DNA of 64,000 nt from Tubulanus polymorphus (lineage: Eukaryota > Animalia > Nemertea): positions 3,372,175 to 3,436,174 of the forward strand of contig NC_134032.1 in NCBI RefSeq assembly GCF_964204645.1. Reading direction: 5' to 3'. The position numbers were made by a program, and so were the translations under genes. This document shows, in pieces, positions 10,953 through 22,438 of the stretch; positions within the stretch are counted from its first letter, which is position 1; the number at the start of each line of letters is the position of its first letter. The notes below the pieces were generated by a model. The model ran no database searches, had not been told where the DNA came from, and saw only the letters and a list, made by a program, of their open reading frames with translations.

Positions 10953-11004
10953 ATGGAGATACATTTCAACGATAGAAAAGCACTCGTTACAGGTGCGGGT
11001 AAGG
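10953..11004 (+). pseudogene. Orphan first exon of a DCXR/L-xylulose reductase-like short-chain dehydrogenase
   Basis: MEIHFNDRKALVTGAGK-G|GTAAGT (start of the Rossmann TGxxxG motif, phase-1 donor). Only the first bases of exon 2 follow. Confidence 0.65.
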
Positions 11005-11034
11005 GTAAGTATAGTTTATATATTAAAACCACTT

Positions 11035-11285
11035 AACGGGGCAGTATTTCAATGTATCCGTAATTCTAGTTAGTCCCACTAGGGGGCGGTTTATGTATTT
11101 TAGTTAGTCCATTGACAGGTATAGGTCCCGCTAAGGGGCGGTTTATGTATTCTAGTTAGTCTACTTACAGGTATAGTTCCTGCTTGGGGGGCGTTATATA
11201 TATTCTAGTTTCTATTGACAGGAATAGGTCCGCTAGGGGGCGGTGTATGTTTTCTAATTTGTCCATTTACAGGTATAGGTCCCGC
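11035..11285 (+). repeat. ~55-bp tandem repeat containing a splice acceptor and exon-2 start (ACAG|GTATAGGTCC)
   Basis: Units GGGGCGGTTTATGTATTCTAGTTAGTCC..ACAGGTATAGGTCCCGC, 4-5 copies. Confidence 0.75.
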
Positions 11286-11368
11286 CAAATAACAATATCA
11301 TGCTAACAACCTATATCAATGTGTCTTCATTCGGCGTTTCCTTCGAAAACCGATCAGCCAGTCATCTT

Positions 11369-11452
11369 GGACCCAGCTCCACAGCTGTGAGTAAGAGTTA
11401 ACTCTGAGTTAAAATAAAAGAGTAAAATCTTAACTCGGAGACATTGGAACCC
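11369..11452. mobile_element. Palindromic MITE fragment, same family as 23160-23269
   Basis: GGACCCAG.TCCACAG.TGTGAGT..GAGTTAACTCTGAGTT..TCTTAACTCGGA shared with the 23160 copy. Confidence 0.6.
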
Positions 11453-11608
11453 CGAGGGTCCCGGACTCAGTTGCGCAAGTCGATACTTCAGAGAGACTGA
11501 GAGAGGGGTGTTACTACAGAGTCAGATTACAGGGTGCTGAGAGAGCTAGAGAGAGAGAGAGGTTTGTGTTACTGCAGAGTCACTGATTACAGGTCTCTGA
11601 GCTTCAAC

Positions 11609-12688
11609 ATGAATTTTACCACGATCTCTACGACTACTCCGCAGTGTATGAGCCGGTATCCACCAGAACGATGGGATCACGTTTTCAGCTATAAGATTTA
11701 CTTGTACGGATATTTGCCGGCTTCGGCTTTCGGAATGATTCTGAACTCTGTTTCTATTCTGGTATTCACAAAGATCGGTCGCGACACTTATCAAACTATA
11801 ATCATTCTCGCCTGGTTTGATTTACTGTTCCTATTTTCAGTGTTTCTTCTTTATCCACTGCGGATACTAATTATCCATTCAATACAAAATGAATACGTTC
11901 TCGGCCGCTGGGATGACTGGTATTTTGGACACGAGATTATAATTTGGGTTCTACCGCTGTTTTATACGTTTCAAATGGCAAAAAATTGGGCCGTAGTTAT
12001 AATCAGTTTTGAAAGACTTCTGGTTGTCGCGAGTCCGCTGTATTTCAGGCGATTCTGGAACAAAAAACAAATCATTTTTCTGTCGGTTTTAAATGCCTTT
12101 TTTTCCGCCGTTTGTTACTGGCCGTATTATTTTCCACTATACTTACCCGGAAGGACCACAGATCCCTGTTTTGGTCATTTATTTACTATGGGAGCTTTTG
12201 GTGCCAAAACAAGTCAAACAACTTTTGTTTATGGGTCTGACATTGCATTCAACTACGTATCTAATTCCTATATTTTCATGTCTGTTCTTTCACCTTTTAT
12301 TTTTCTGATTGTGATAAATCTAACTTTGTTCGGAATTATGTTATTTAGAAAACTAAATCGAAAGAAACAATGTCACACGGGCGCAGCGGCGCCTGGTGAA
12401 AAATCTACCGAACTCAAAATATTAAAATTGGTTCTTATAATTGTAGCTATATTTTTTACCTGTGAAATTCCCGCATCGCTGGATCGTATGTTGCATTTCG
12501 TCAGTAGGGGGTTGAGATTACCTCACGGTCTTCCCGAGGATGAATTGATGATCATGCGTAAAGTAGGAATTCTGCTCAGTGTTTTAGACTCATCCGTAAA
12601 TTTCTTCGTTTACTGCGCAACAAACGGCGCCTTTAGAAAAAAAGCTAAACGAATTTTATTGATAGATTATTTTTGTGATTCTAAATAG
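11609..12688 (+). CDS. Class A (rhodopsin-like) GPCR, FMRFamide/neuropeptide-receptor-like, single exon
   Basis: Seven hydrophobic segments; N-glycosylation site NFT; LAWFD (TM2), SFERLLVVASPL (TM3), FFTCEIP (TM6), SSVNFFVYC (TM7), helix 8 FRK. Likely ATG at 11609. Confidence 0.9.
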   Translation: MNFTTISTTTPQCMSRYPPERWDHVFSYKIYLYGYLPASAFGMILNSVSILVFTKIGRDTYQTIIILAWFDLLFLFSVFLLYPLRILIIHSIQNEYVLGRWDDWYFGHEIIIWVLPLFYTFQMAKNWAVVIISFERLLVVASPLYFRRFWNKKQIIFLSVLNAFFSAVCYWPYYFPLYLPGRTTDPCFGHLFTMGAFGAKTSQTTFVYGSDIAFNYVSNSYIFMSVLSPFIFLIVINLTLFGIMLFRKLNRKKQCHTGAAAPGEKSTELKILKLVLIIVAIFFTCEIPASLDRMLHFVSRGLRLPHGLPEDELMIMRKVGILLSVLDSSVNFFVYCATNGAFRKKAKRILLIDYFCDSK

Positions 12689-13382
12689 AAAAGAAAACGG
12701 GGTGCACAGCCAAGACTTAAGTCCAAAAGTGAAGAACGTGGTCTAAGTAGTTTTTTATGAGTGGCTAATTCGAGTGTTAAACCGGTCCCTTTATTGATAC
12801 ACCGGTGCTATGGTATTTGGGGTGTAAAAATCTTTATGTAACAAAACCTATCTTGAAGTTATAAACAATATGATATGGGGTCCAGTATATATCCAATATA
12901 TTTCATATATATATATATATTTCATATACATATTTCATATACATATTGATGGCTGACTGCATTACACCGAACGCGTGCTCCCTCTCAAACCTGTCCAATG
13001 ATTGGCCGGCGACTACATGTGTAACGTCTTGGACACGACATGGGTTTTCAAACTGCTGTTGCTGCTGCTGCTGCTGTTTGGAATTATTTGAAGGGTATTT
13101 TGACCGGTGATGAAATAAATACTTTCATTTAAGATGAGACCCCTCCCCTCCCCCATGAAGTAAAAGGCAAACTTATTTTTGGGCCCGAAGTACACCTAGC
13201 GCGGACTTCTCCCGGGTTACATTTCTAAAAGGTGTTTCAAAAATGTTTAAATCAACTGTTAATCTAAACGGTGATGGGTACGTATGACGTCATTACTGCC
13301 GGGTTCACTTTGGATTTACATAAAACTAAAAAAAAATTCACGCAAATCATTTTCGTTTGGATGAACACGCAACACGAAATTT

Positions 13383-13633
13383 GAGTACTGGTGTGGACTG
13401 CTCATTTGGATCACCGAGTACTGGTGTGGACTGCTCATTTGGATCACCGAGTACGGTTGCGGACAGCTCATTTCGATCACGGAGTACTGGCGTGGACTGC
13501 TCATTTGGATCACGGAGTACTGGTTTGGACTGCTCATTTGGATCACCGAGTACTGGTGTGGACTGCTCATTTGGATCACCGACTACTGGTTTGGACTGCT
13601 CATTTGGATCACCGAGTACTGGTGTGGACTGCT
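13383..13633. repeat. Minisatellite, 33-bp unit GAGTACTGGTGTGGACTGCTCATTTGGATCACC (~7.5 copies)
   Basis: Head-to-tail copies with no spacers; produces 11-aa repeat ORFs in several frames. Confidence 0.92.
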
Positions 13634-14515
13634 CTTTCAACAGGGCATGATAAAGGAAAAAAGTGAAGAGATAGTCAGGTAGGACAATTTTACGGGAGCC
13701 AGTTCCACAGATAGTTACAAATAGTTATAGATAGTTGCAGATAATGATTGATAGTTATTACTTGGACATTGCACGACTCAATGATCGCATGTTCATTTAG
13801 ATTTTATAAAATACATGTGGTCAAAATCAGTTGATTTTCAATGAAATTTGAACCTGATCTAATTTCAACTATCAGTGGAACTGAGTCGAGGAGTTCAGGT
13901 CACAGGCCTCCCTTACAGATACCCCTTGCAACCCTATGGCCCGATGGACAGTGCCCATGGATGGAGCCCAATAACTCATCATTTGAATGTATTTTTGCTT
14001 GTGATAAAATCAATGTTTTTGACGGGTAAAACATAATTTTCAATATTTTGTGAAAGATTTAATTTTCACAGAATATCTACGATATCAATTTTGACGCATC
14101 AAATAAATACCGTTACGTAGTTTAAACAATATCTACAATAGTAAACTTGGTTTTGAAAGTGTATCGAAGATCAGATTTGACGCATCAAAAACGTTAGAGG
14201 AACATTTTGTATGAAGAGTGAACATGCAATGTGTAATTCTCTTCTGGACAGAGAAAAAGATCGATTTCATCGGGAATAGGCCCATTTGAACATCTCAAAT
14301 ATTTCAGCGGAAACAATGCTATACCAAATTTCTAGTGAAAATATCGGCGAATATACCTTATTGACTTCTTTCAAACTATAACATCATCACATTTACTTAT
14401 GTCCTGAAAGGCGAATTCACTGACGGCCGGAGTAATTGGTAAATCAGGGTTTCATAGCAGAGGTCGTGCGGTCGACACACCACTCATCACCACAAGTAAT
14501 TTTCCCCCGTAATAA

Positions 14516-14842
14516 ATGGGAGATAGAAAAGCATTCTAAGCAACAATAAATAACAGAATAAAACCAACAAAAAAACAATTTGAAATAAAAAGGTTAGTCG
14601 ATGTTACAAAAGAAATTGAACACAAAATATTAAAATTAGAAAAGATAAGAACTAAATATGGAGAGAAAGTAACAGCAAATTTAAGTTACTGTAATGTCAG
14701 TACAACGCGAGAATTTAAAGTATTTTTACCTGATAAATGGTTTGCATTGAGTACAGAGGAATTAAAAGATTTAGAAGGATTTAAAATAATTTACCATGGG
14801 ATAAATGAAGACGGGCATCATGATTTAGAAGTTGTTGACTAA
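14516..14842 (+). pseudogene. Paralog of 22719..23045 (small KKL/YG/FLP protein) with an early stop
   Basis: MGDRKAF*ATINNRIKP..TKYGEKV..FKVFLPDKW..GHHDLEVVD. Confidence 0.8.
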
Positions 14843-15280
14843 ATAATTAAGAAATAAAAAAATAAAAAAATGAAAATCAAGAATCCGAATGGACAATTCA
14901 ATTGCTCCGCAAGATAGACAAAAGTAGTGAGATATTCAATTAATTAAAATAAATTTTTTTTTGCTTTTTTTCTAAAATATTAATCCATTTTTTTATTGTG
15001 AATTTTGGAATTTCAGAATTTTTTTCATTTTTAATAGCACTAGTTTCAGAATTATTAAAATCATAAATTTTATTTGATTTCTTATACCAACTACACCCAA
15101 TCAAAATGAATACAATTACAAATCCAGTTGCAAAATATAGATATTTATCAAATATTCTATTATTAGACGGATTAGAAATAACAATATTTTCACCATTTTA
15201 ATTAACATTTTTATTACTTATTTTTTTTCTTTTACAGCTTTTTATATTCCTGTGATTTAATTTCTAATTGCCGAGAGCAT

Positions 15281-15872
15281 TCAATTTGTTTCTGAGTTCT
15301 CGGTTTTTTCTTCACAGTTAATTCTTTCACCTCTTCCACTTCTCTCATTTATTCTAGAAAAATTTTTACTTTCAATATTTGAAAATGTTATAACTCCAGT
15401 TGTTAATAGCGTCATAAATCCATCTAATTGAAATGATAAATATCCAATCCATTTATTTAATTCGGTCATAACTAAATAATCATTTTTTAAATCGGAATAT
15501 AATCTATTTTCAATAATTACATAATTTACTATAACCTTTTACTACATTTTCTGATATCGCATCATTAATTCTAGCTATTCTCGCAGTTTCATAAATCTTA
15601 AATAATTTAATAATTTCATCTGATTTCATTGTATCTAATTCATTATAAGTTAAATTTTTACTAATAAAACTTTTACATTTTCCAGATGCTATTATCATTT
15701 CTAATTGATGTTTGCAATAAAGATAATATTCATAATTATTGTTTGTAGTAATATCATTTAAAGCACCATTATTATCTGACGCTAATTTTGTTTCTGCTAT
15801 ACCTAAATCATCCAAAGTTTTTTCAATTGGAACATCACTACTTTTAGATTTTATTTTCTTTTCACCTCCCAT
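15281..15872 (-). pseudogene. Polinton hypothetical protein, paralog of 20772-21374
   Basis: ORFs 15510..15872 and 15281..15469 match 21009..21374. Confidence 0.75.
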
Positions 15873-16094
15873 TTATATAAGAAACAAATTACTTGTGTTG
15901 TTGCAACTAGAATTCAACTACAATTTAACTAGAATGTAACTAAAAATATACTAGATTAACAAGCTATTTGAAATATTGTTGTTTTTATTCATTTTGTGTT
16001 GAATTTTATTAGATTTTTGTTTCAACTACCAATAACTAGAATTCAACTAGAATGTAACTAAAAATATACTAGATTAACAAGTTAGTTGAGTTTA

Positions 16095-16701
16095 AATAAA
16101 TTCATATTTAAATGGGGGTTGTAATCGAAATAGAAATTTTTATCTTTAATTATTTTTCAATTTATCCATATATTCATTATGTAAATCATTTGGAATTATA
16201 TCATTTTCCTCAAGTGCATTTTTCATTGATTTTCTATCTTTATTGTTGAATAATACTATAAATCTAGTGTTTTCTCTAAAATCTTTAACAATTGAATTAT
16301 ATTTTTGATTTAAAACCCATGTTGTTATCCCAAAATGTCTCCCAGAGAAAAATAAAATAACATAACTCACTCTCTCTAACTTTTGAAGCATGTAAATTAG
16401 CACAATCATCTATAATGAATAATGTATTTGATCCTTTATAAATATAAATTGCTATTTTGATACAATAATCTAAATTTTCTTTAACTGTTTTAGGATTTAA
16501 TACAATAAATTTATCATTTCTAGTTATATTTCTATCATAAGTTTGATTAAATTCATACGTTGGACAAAATAATACTATATTATCAAAATAGTTTTTATAA
16601 ATAGTTTCTAATAAATTTGATATAAAATAAGTTTTTCCACAATTTGTTACACCAGAAATAAACATATTATGAGGCTCAAATATAAATAATTCCTTATTCA
16701 T
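16095..16701 (-). pseudogene. Genome-packaging ATPase (A32/FtsK-like), frameshifted
   Basis: Walker A SGVTNCGKT, Walker B LFIIDD, SGRHFGIT..LNQKY..RENTR. Confidence 0.88.
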
Positions 16702-17309
16702 TTATATTTTTTAAATTTACTTGATAATATCCATTCATTAAATTTATCTAGCCATCCAACCCATTTTACTAAATCTTCTAATTTATAGACATATGGTTTT
16801 GTTGTCATTACCTTTTTTATTTTATACATTTCTCTAGTAAAATTACGATCCTATCCTTTATCAAATATCTTTTTATGGTGGTTCCAAAAAAGTGCTTCCC
16901 GAGGCGTGATCTCCGCCACGACCCGGTGCAGTGAGGGAGGGAGGAATTAATTTATATTTAGAATTATTAAAATGTTCATTCCAACTAACTCCACATCCTG
17001 TTGTTGCACAATAAACAGCAAAATTTAATTGGTTCTGCCAATACTTCATATTAGATTTTAATAACCATTGTTTTTCATCTTTCAATTTTTTTAAATTAAT
17101 TGAATATACATGAAATATATTTTCCATCTTTGCATTAAAATTATTAGTTTCAGTAACATAAATATCTAAATTAATTAATGAATTTAAAACTTCATTTCTA
17201 TATGAAATATTTTTATTAAAATCTATTGCAGGAATATTATATTTAATTGATTTATTATATTGAAAAGCTTTTGGAAAACTATCTACCATTTATATAATAA
17301 AACAATTAA

Positions 17310-17738
17310 TAATTTATTAATTCTTTTTATAATTTATCCTGTTCTTCAACTGTTATATTACCATCTAAACTTATTATATAATCTAATGTATTTTTTAATT
17401 TATTAATTTCTATTATATTTATTTTTTTCATTATTACTTTTTATTACTTTAATTTTGAACTTGTGCCGGTTAAATACACTTGAACTTAAACCTAAAGCTC
17501 CAATTGAGATAGCTAAAGGTGTTAATGGTGAGAATAACGCAATAAATGTTATTACAGTACTTATTGTAACTGAACCACTAATAATAAAATAATATATAAT
17601 TTTACTTTTTAAATATTTTTTCTTTTTTATCTTTAAATCACTTTCAAATCCTAATATTTGTTTTTCCAAATATAATTTTAATTTAGTTTTATTAATATTA
17701 TGAGGAATAATATCAATATTGTGAACTTTATCAACCAT
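17310..17738 (-). pseudogene. Paralog of the 3536..3970 2-TM gene
   Basis: MVDKVHNIDIIPH..SKIIYYFIISGSVTIS; frameshifted near the 3' end. Confidence 0.8.
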
Positions 17739-17799
17739 TTAATTAGAAAATAAATTACTAATTAGTAAATTTATAAGCAACAAATAATACAATAACTGA

Positions 17800-18700
17800 A
17801 ATAATATGATATTTCAAGGCATTCAATCGGAAAACCATAATAAATTAAGATCAGGAGCTAATGACGCAATAGTAACTCGTGCCTACAGATAATTTGATTG
17901 AAAAGATTTATGGAAGCAAATATAAAATTCCATTAGACTTTGAATTGATAAATAATAATGCACCTTTATATAAATATGTAATTCAAGAAGATATTATATT
18001 TGAGATAAAATTTGCTCCTGTAAATGGAATTGTATTATCTAGCGTTGTTAAAGATATGGGTTATAAATTATCGAATATATGTATAGAATATGACACAGTA
18101 ACTAATGAAAATATTGCTAGCACAATTCAAACTCAATACAATCAAGGATTTTCATTATTATATGATTATATTGATAAATTTAAAACTGTAACTATTAATG
18201 CAAATGATGAAATAATTAATGAGAACATTAACTTCCCAAGAAGATCTATTAAAGGTATATTAATATTTTTTTACCATTGCAACATATTCTAATGGCGCAA
18301 TAAAGGTTGATAATTATTATAATCCTGAAATAACAAAAGTAGAAATAACTATCGAAGGAATAGCAAATAAAATATTTTGTCAAGGAATGAGAATGATAGA
18401 TCAGTGGCCAGAAATTGGAAAACATTTTATGAATGAAAAAGTAAAATCATTTGAAAATTGTAATATTAATCAAATTGTTTATTATACCGGCAATAAATAC
18501 GCACTATGGTTAGATTTTAGAACAACAGAGGATAATTCATTACATGGTTCTGGGAAAAAACTACAAAATACAAAAGATGGAATACAATTATTCATGACAA
18601 AGAAAAGAGGAGACAAAAATTTCAAAATGCACATTTATGTTATATCTGACGCACAATTAAATATTGTAAATTCACAATTAGATAGTATTCAATATTATAA
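17800..18700 (+). pseudogene. Major capsid protein (double jelly-roll, hexon-like), C-terminal part, frameshifted
   Basis: YKIPLDF, NENINFPRRSIKGILIFF, FYNPEITKVEITIEG, YALWLDFRT.EDNSLHGSG, DGIQL motifs. Confidence 0.82.
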
Positions 18701-18728
18701 ATATAAAGTTAAAATTAAGGATATATAA

Positions 18729-19855
18729 ATGGGTGGTAAAAAAACTCCTAATACTAAAGAACAATATTTAAGAAATTTATATTACAACCCTGAGAGTTCG
18801 GTTGCTTATTCTACTACCAAAAATATATGGCGTCAAATAAAACAAGATAAATTAGATAAGATAATCCCACAAAATTTAGTTAAATATAAAGATATAAATG
18901 AATTTATGTTAGAACAATCAACATATACAACACATAAAAAATTGTTAGAAAATATAAAACTCGTAAAACTATGGCAAGTTATGTAGGTCAACAGTGGCAA
19001 GGAGATTTAATTGATATGAAAAATGTTAAGAAAGATAATGATGATTATTGGTGGATATTGAATATGATTGATATTTTTAGTCGTTATGTATGGAGCTTCC
19101 CACTTTATAGAAAAGATGCTGTACAAAAATCAAATGTTTTAAGAAAATTTCTTTCGGATGATAAACTAAAACCAGAAAAAATACAGTTTGATGATGGAAA
19201 AGAATTTGATAATTCACTTGTTCATGAGCTCTTAGATAATCATTATATTAAATATTTTTCAACAAAATCGGATAAAAAAGCAGCAGTTGTTGAACGATTT
19301 AATAGAACATTAAGAACAAGAATGTGGAAATATTTTACAGCAAATAATACTTTTAAATGGATTGATGTTTTACCAAAATTGATAGAAGGATACAATAATT
19401 CTTATCATTCTTCTATTGGAATGAAACCTATTGATGCTAGAAAACCTGAAAATGCTGAAATTGTTTGGAAAAATTTATACGGAGCATTTCTTGTAGATGA
19501 TTTTGGTGAACCTAAATTTAAAGTTGGTCAAAATATTAGAATTTCTAAGTTTAAAAAGATATTTGATAAAGGATACGATCGAAATTTTACTAGAGAAATA
19601 TATAAAATAAAAAAGGTAATAACAACAAAACCATATGTCTATAAATTAGAAGATTTAGATGGTGAAGAAGTTGATGGCTACTTTTACGAAGAAGAATTAA
19701 GATTAACTACAGAAAATCGAGAACAAGAATATAAAATTGAAAAAGTATTAAAAACAAAAACTATTAAAAGAAAAAAATATTCTTTAGTAAAATGGGTTGG
19801 ATGGCCAGATAAATTCAATGAATGGATATTATCAAGTAAAATTAAAAATATATAA
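18729..19855 (+). pseudogene. Retroviral-type (rve) integrase with C-terminal chromodomain; one frameshift near 18950
   Basis: LYYNPES, WQGDLIDM, IDIFSRY, QFDDGKEF, VERFNRT, YNNSYHSSIGMKP; chromodomain YKIEKVL..LVKWVGWPDKFNEWI. Confidence 0.93.
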
Positions 19856-20465
19856 ATGAATAAGGAATTATTTATATTTGAGCCTCATAATATGTTAATT
19901 TCTGGCGTAACAAATTGTGGAAAAACTTATTTTATATTAAATTTATTATAAACTGTTTATAAAAAGTAATTTTGATAATATAGTATTATTTTGTCCACTA
20001 TATGAATTTAATCAAACTTATGATAGAAAAATTACTAGAAATAATAAATTTATTATATTAGATCCTAAAACAGTAAAAGAAAATTTAGATAATTGTATTA
20101 AAATAGCAATAGATATTTATAAAGGATCAAATACATTATTCATTATAGATTATTGTGCAAATTTACATGATTCAAAAATTAGAGAGAGTGAGTTATGTTA
20201 TTTAGCTTTTTCTGGCAGACATTTTGGGATAACAACTTGGGTTTTAAATCAAAAATTTAATTCAATTGTTAAAGACTTCAGAGAAAACATTAGATTTCTA
20301 GTTTTATTCTACAATAAAGATAGAAAATCGATGAAAAATGCACTTGAGGAAAATGATATTATTCCACATGATTTACATAATGAATATATGGATAAGTTGA
20401 AAAATAATAAAAGATCAAAATTACTATTTAGATTACAACACCTATTTAAATATGAATTTATTTAA
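19856..20465 (+). pseudogene. Packaging ATPase pseudogene
   Basis: SGVTNCGKT Walker A; homologous to 16095-16701; stops and frameshift. Confidence 0.88.
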
Positions 20466-20469
20466 ATTC

Positions 20470-20750
20470 AACTGGCTTGTTAATCTAGTTGAATTCTAGT
20501 AACATTCTAGTTGAATTCTAGTTATTGGTATTTGAAACAAAAATCAAATAAAATTCAACAATATTTTAACTAGCTTGTTAATCTAGTATATTTTTAGTTA
20601 CATTCTAGTTGAATTCTAGTTATTAGTAGTTGAAACAAAAATCAAATAAAATTCAACAAGAAATAAATAAAAACAACAATATTTCAGCTAGCTTCTTAAT
20701 CTAGTTGAATTCTAGTTACATTCTAGTTAAATTCTAGTTGCAACATCACA
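20470..20750. repeat. Intergenic repeats rich in TTCTAGTTGAATTCTAG / CTTGTTAATCTAG
   Basis: Three degenerate units; inverted copy at ~15890-16090; related motif at 52260-52330. Confidence 0.7.
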
Positions 20751-20771
20751 ACTAATTTTTTTGTTATATAA

Positions 20772-21374
20772 ATGAGAGGTGAAAAGAAAATAAAATCTAA
20801 AAATGGTGATGTTCCAATTGAAAAAACTTTAGATGAACTTTAGACAGAAAACAAATTAATTCCAGATGATGGTGCTTTAAATAATGTTACAACAAATAAT
20901 AATTATGAATATTATCTTTATTGTAAACATCAATTAGAAATATTAATAGCATCTGGAAAATGTAAAAATTTTATCGGTAAAAATTTAACTTAAAATGAAT
21001 TAGATACAATGAAATCAGATGAAATTATTAGATTATTTAAGATTTATGAAACCGCGAGAACCGCTAGAATTAATGACGCGATATCAGAAAATGTAGTAGA
21101 AGGTTATAGTAAATTATGTAATTATATACTACCAATTGAAGATGAAAATAGATTATATTCCGATTTAAAAAATGATTATTTAGTTATGACTGAATTAAAT
21201 AAATGGATTGGATATTTATCATTTCAATTAGGTGGATTTATGACATTATTATCAACTGGGGTTATAACATTTTCAAATATTGAAAGTAAAAATATTTCTA
21301 TAATAAATGAACAAGGTGGAAGAAGTGAAGGAATTAACAGTGAAGAAAAAACCGAGAACTCAGAAACAAATTGA
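20772..21374 (+). pseudogene. Polinton hypothetical protein with premature stops
   Basis: Homologous to 15281-15872(-). Confidence 0.75.
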
Positions 21375-21750
21375 ATGGTCTCGGCAATTGGGAATTAAAT
21401 CAAAAGAATATAAAAAAGCTGTAAAAGAAAAAAATAAGTAATAAAAATGTTAATAAAAATGGTGAAAATATTGTTATTTATACTCCTTCTAATGATAGAA
21501 TATTTGATAAATGTCTATATTTTACAGTTGGATTTGTAATTGTATTCATTTTGATTGGGCGTAAAATCAAATAAAATTCATGATATTAATAATTCTGAAA
21601 CAACTGCTATCAAAAATGAAAATACTTCTGAAATTCCAAAATTGATAATAAAAAAATGGATTAATATTTTAGAAAAAAAAAAAAAAAAAATAATTGAATA
21701 TCTCACTACTTTTGTCTATCTATGCGGAGCAATTAAATTGTCGAGATAAG
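21375..21750 (+). pseudogene. Small Polinton TM protein, decayed
   Basis: LYFTVGFVIVFILIG hydrophobic stretch; inverted copy at ~14900-15280. Confidence 0.5.
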
Positions 21751-22150
21751 TCATTTCGGATTCTAGATATTCACTATTTTTATTAATCTATTTTGTTTTT
21801 TAATTTGAAGTTTTTACTTGAATATTGTATTACAGTCGTTTCTTATTATTAGTTTTTTCTTAAATTGAAAGATAGTATCACTGGGCGTGATGCTAAATGA
21901 ATATTTGAATTTGAATTTGAATTTGTTAATCAATTAACATGGTAATTGATTACTAATTTGATTAAAAATTATATCATAATTAAGTTAAAAATCCATAATT
22001 CATTTATCAGTTTTCATTCCTATATTCTTTTCATTCAGAATAATTTATAATTTCAAATTTCACATATTTCTTTAGTAAACACCATACCAGCAACATTTAC
22101 TTAGGTGTTTTAGCTAAGTATATAAGGCAATTCATTCAACCACTGGAGTG

Positions 22151-22438
22151 CCGCCGGGCTTGGCTTGCAGGGGCATTTCGAAAATGCACCTTTGTCCACC
22201 CTCCGTGGTTCTCCTTCAGTTTCGACTTTCGATCCTCCTTTCGGGGGTAAGGGGTTGATAGGATATGCATTAGGCGCCTTTAATATAATGTGTTTCCTGT
22301 CAACCATTGAAGGAGAATTGGTGAGGTGTGGGTCACAGGGGTGTAAGTAGAAATGCTTGGGGATAGGTATCTCGTGGCGCCTCTCAATAACGGGATGCTT
22401 ATCCCCTAAAAACTCTGCGAGTCAAGTCGGGTGGTTTT
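22151..22438 (+). ncRNA. Candidate highly structured ~285-nt ncRNA within the Polinton terminal region
   Basis: Long helices with many G-U and no A-C pairs on the + strand; TATATAA at 22119-22125; TTTT at 22435-22438; two GGCGCC loops (see findings). Confidence 0.68.

Larger units (their letters stand above)
14431..17800 (-). mobile_element. Polinton copy 3: right-end fragment, inverted and internally deleted
   Basis: Starts AGTAATTGG at 14431. 14431-16873 is the reverse complement of 19550-23130 minus ~930 bp; 16945-17800 is the reverse complement of ~3475-4330. Confidence 0.88.

Noticed and set aside
13383-13633. 33-bp repeat as a CRISPR array or repeat protein
   Set aside because: No unique spacers and no cas genes; ORFs on both strands are artefacts of a stop-poor 33-mer.
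22110-22350. ORFs 22110..22307(-) and 22165..22350(+) as proteins
   Set aside because: Short and motif-free, without TAAATG starts; explained by local GC richness.
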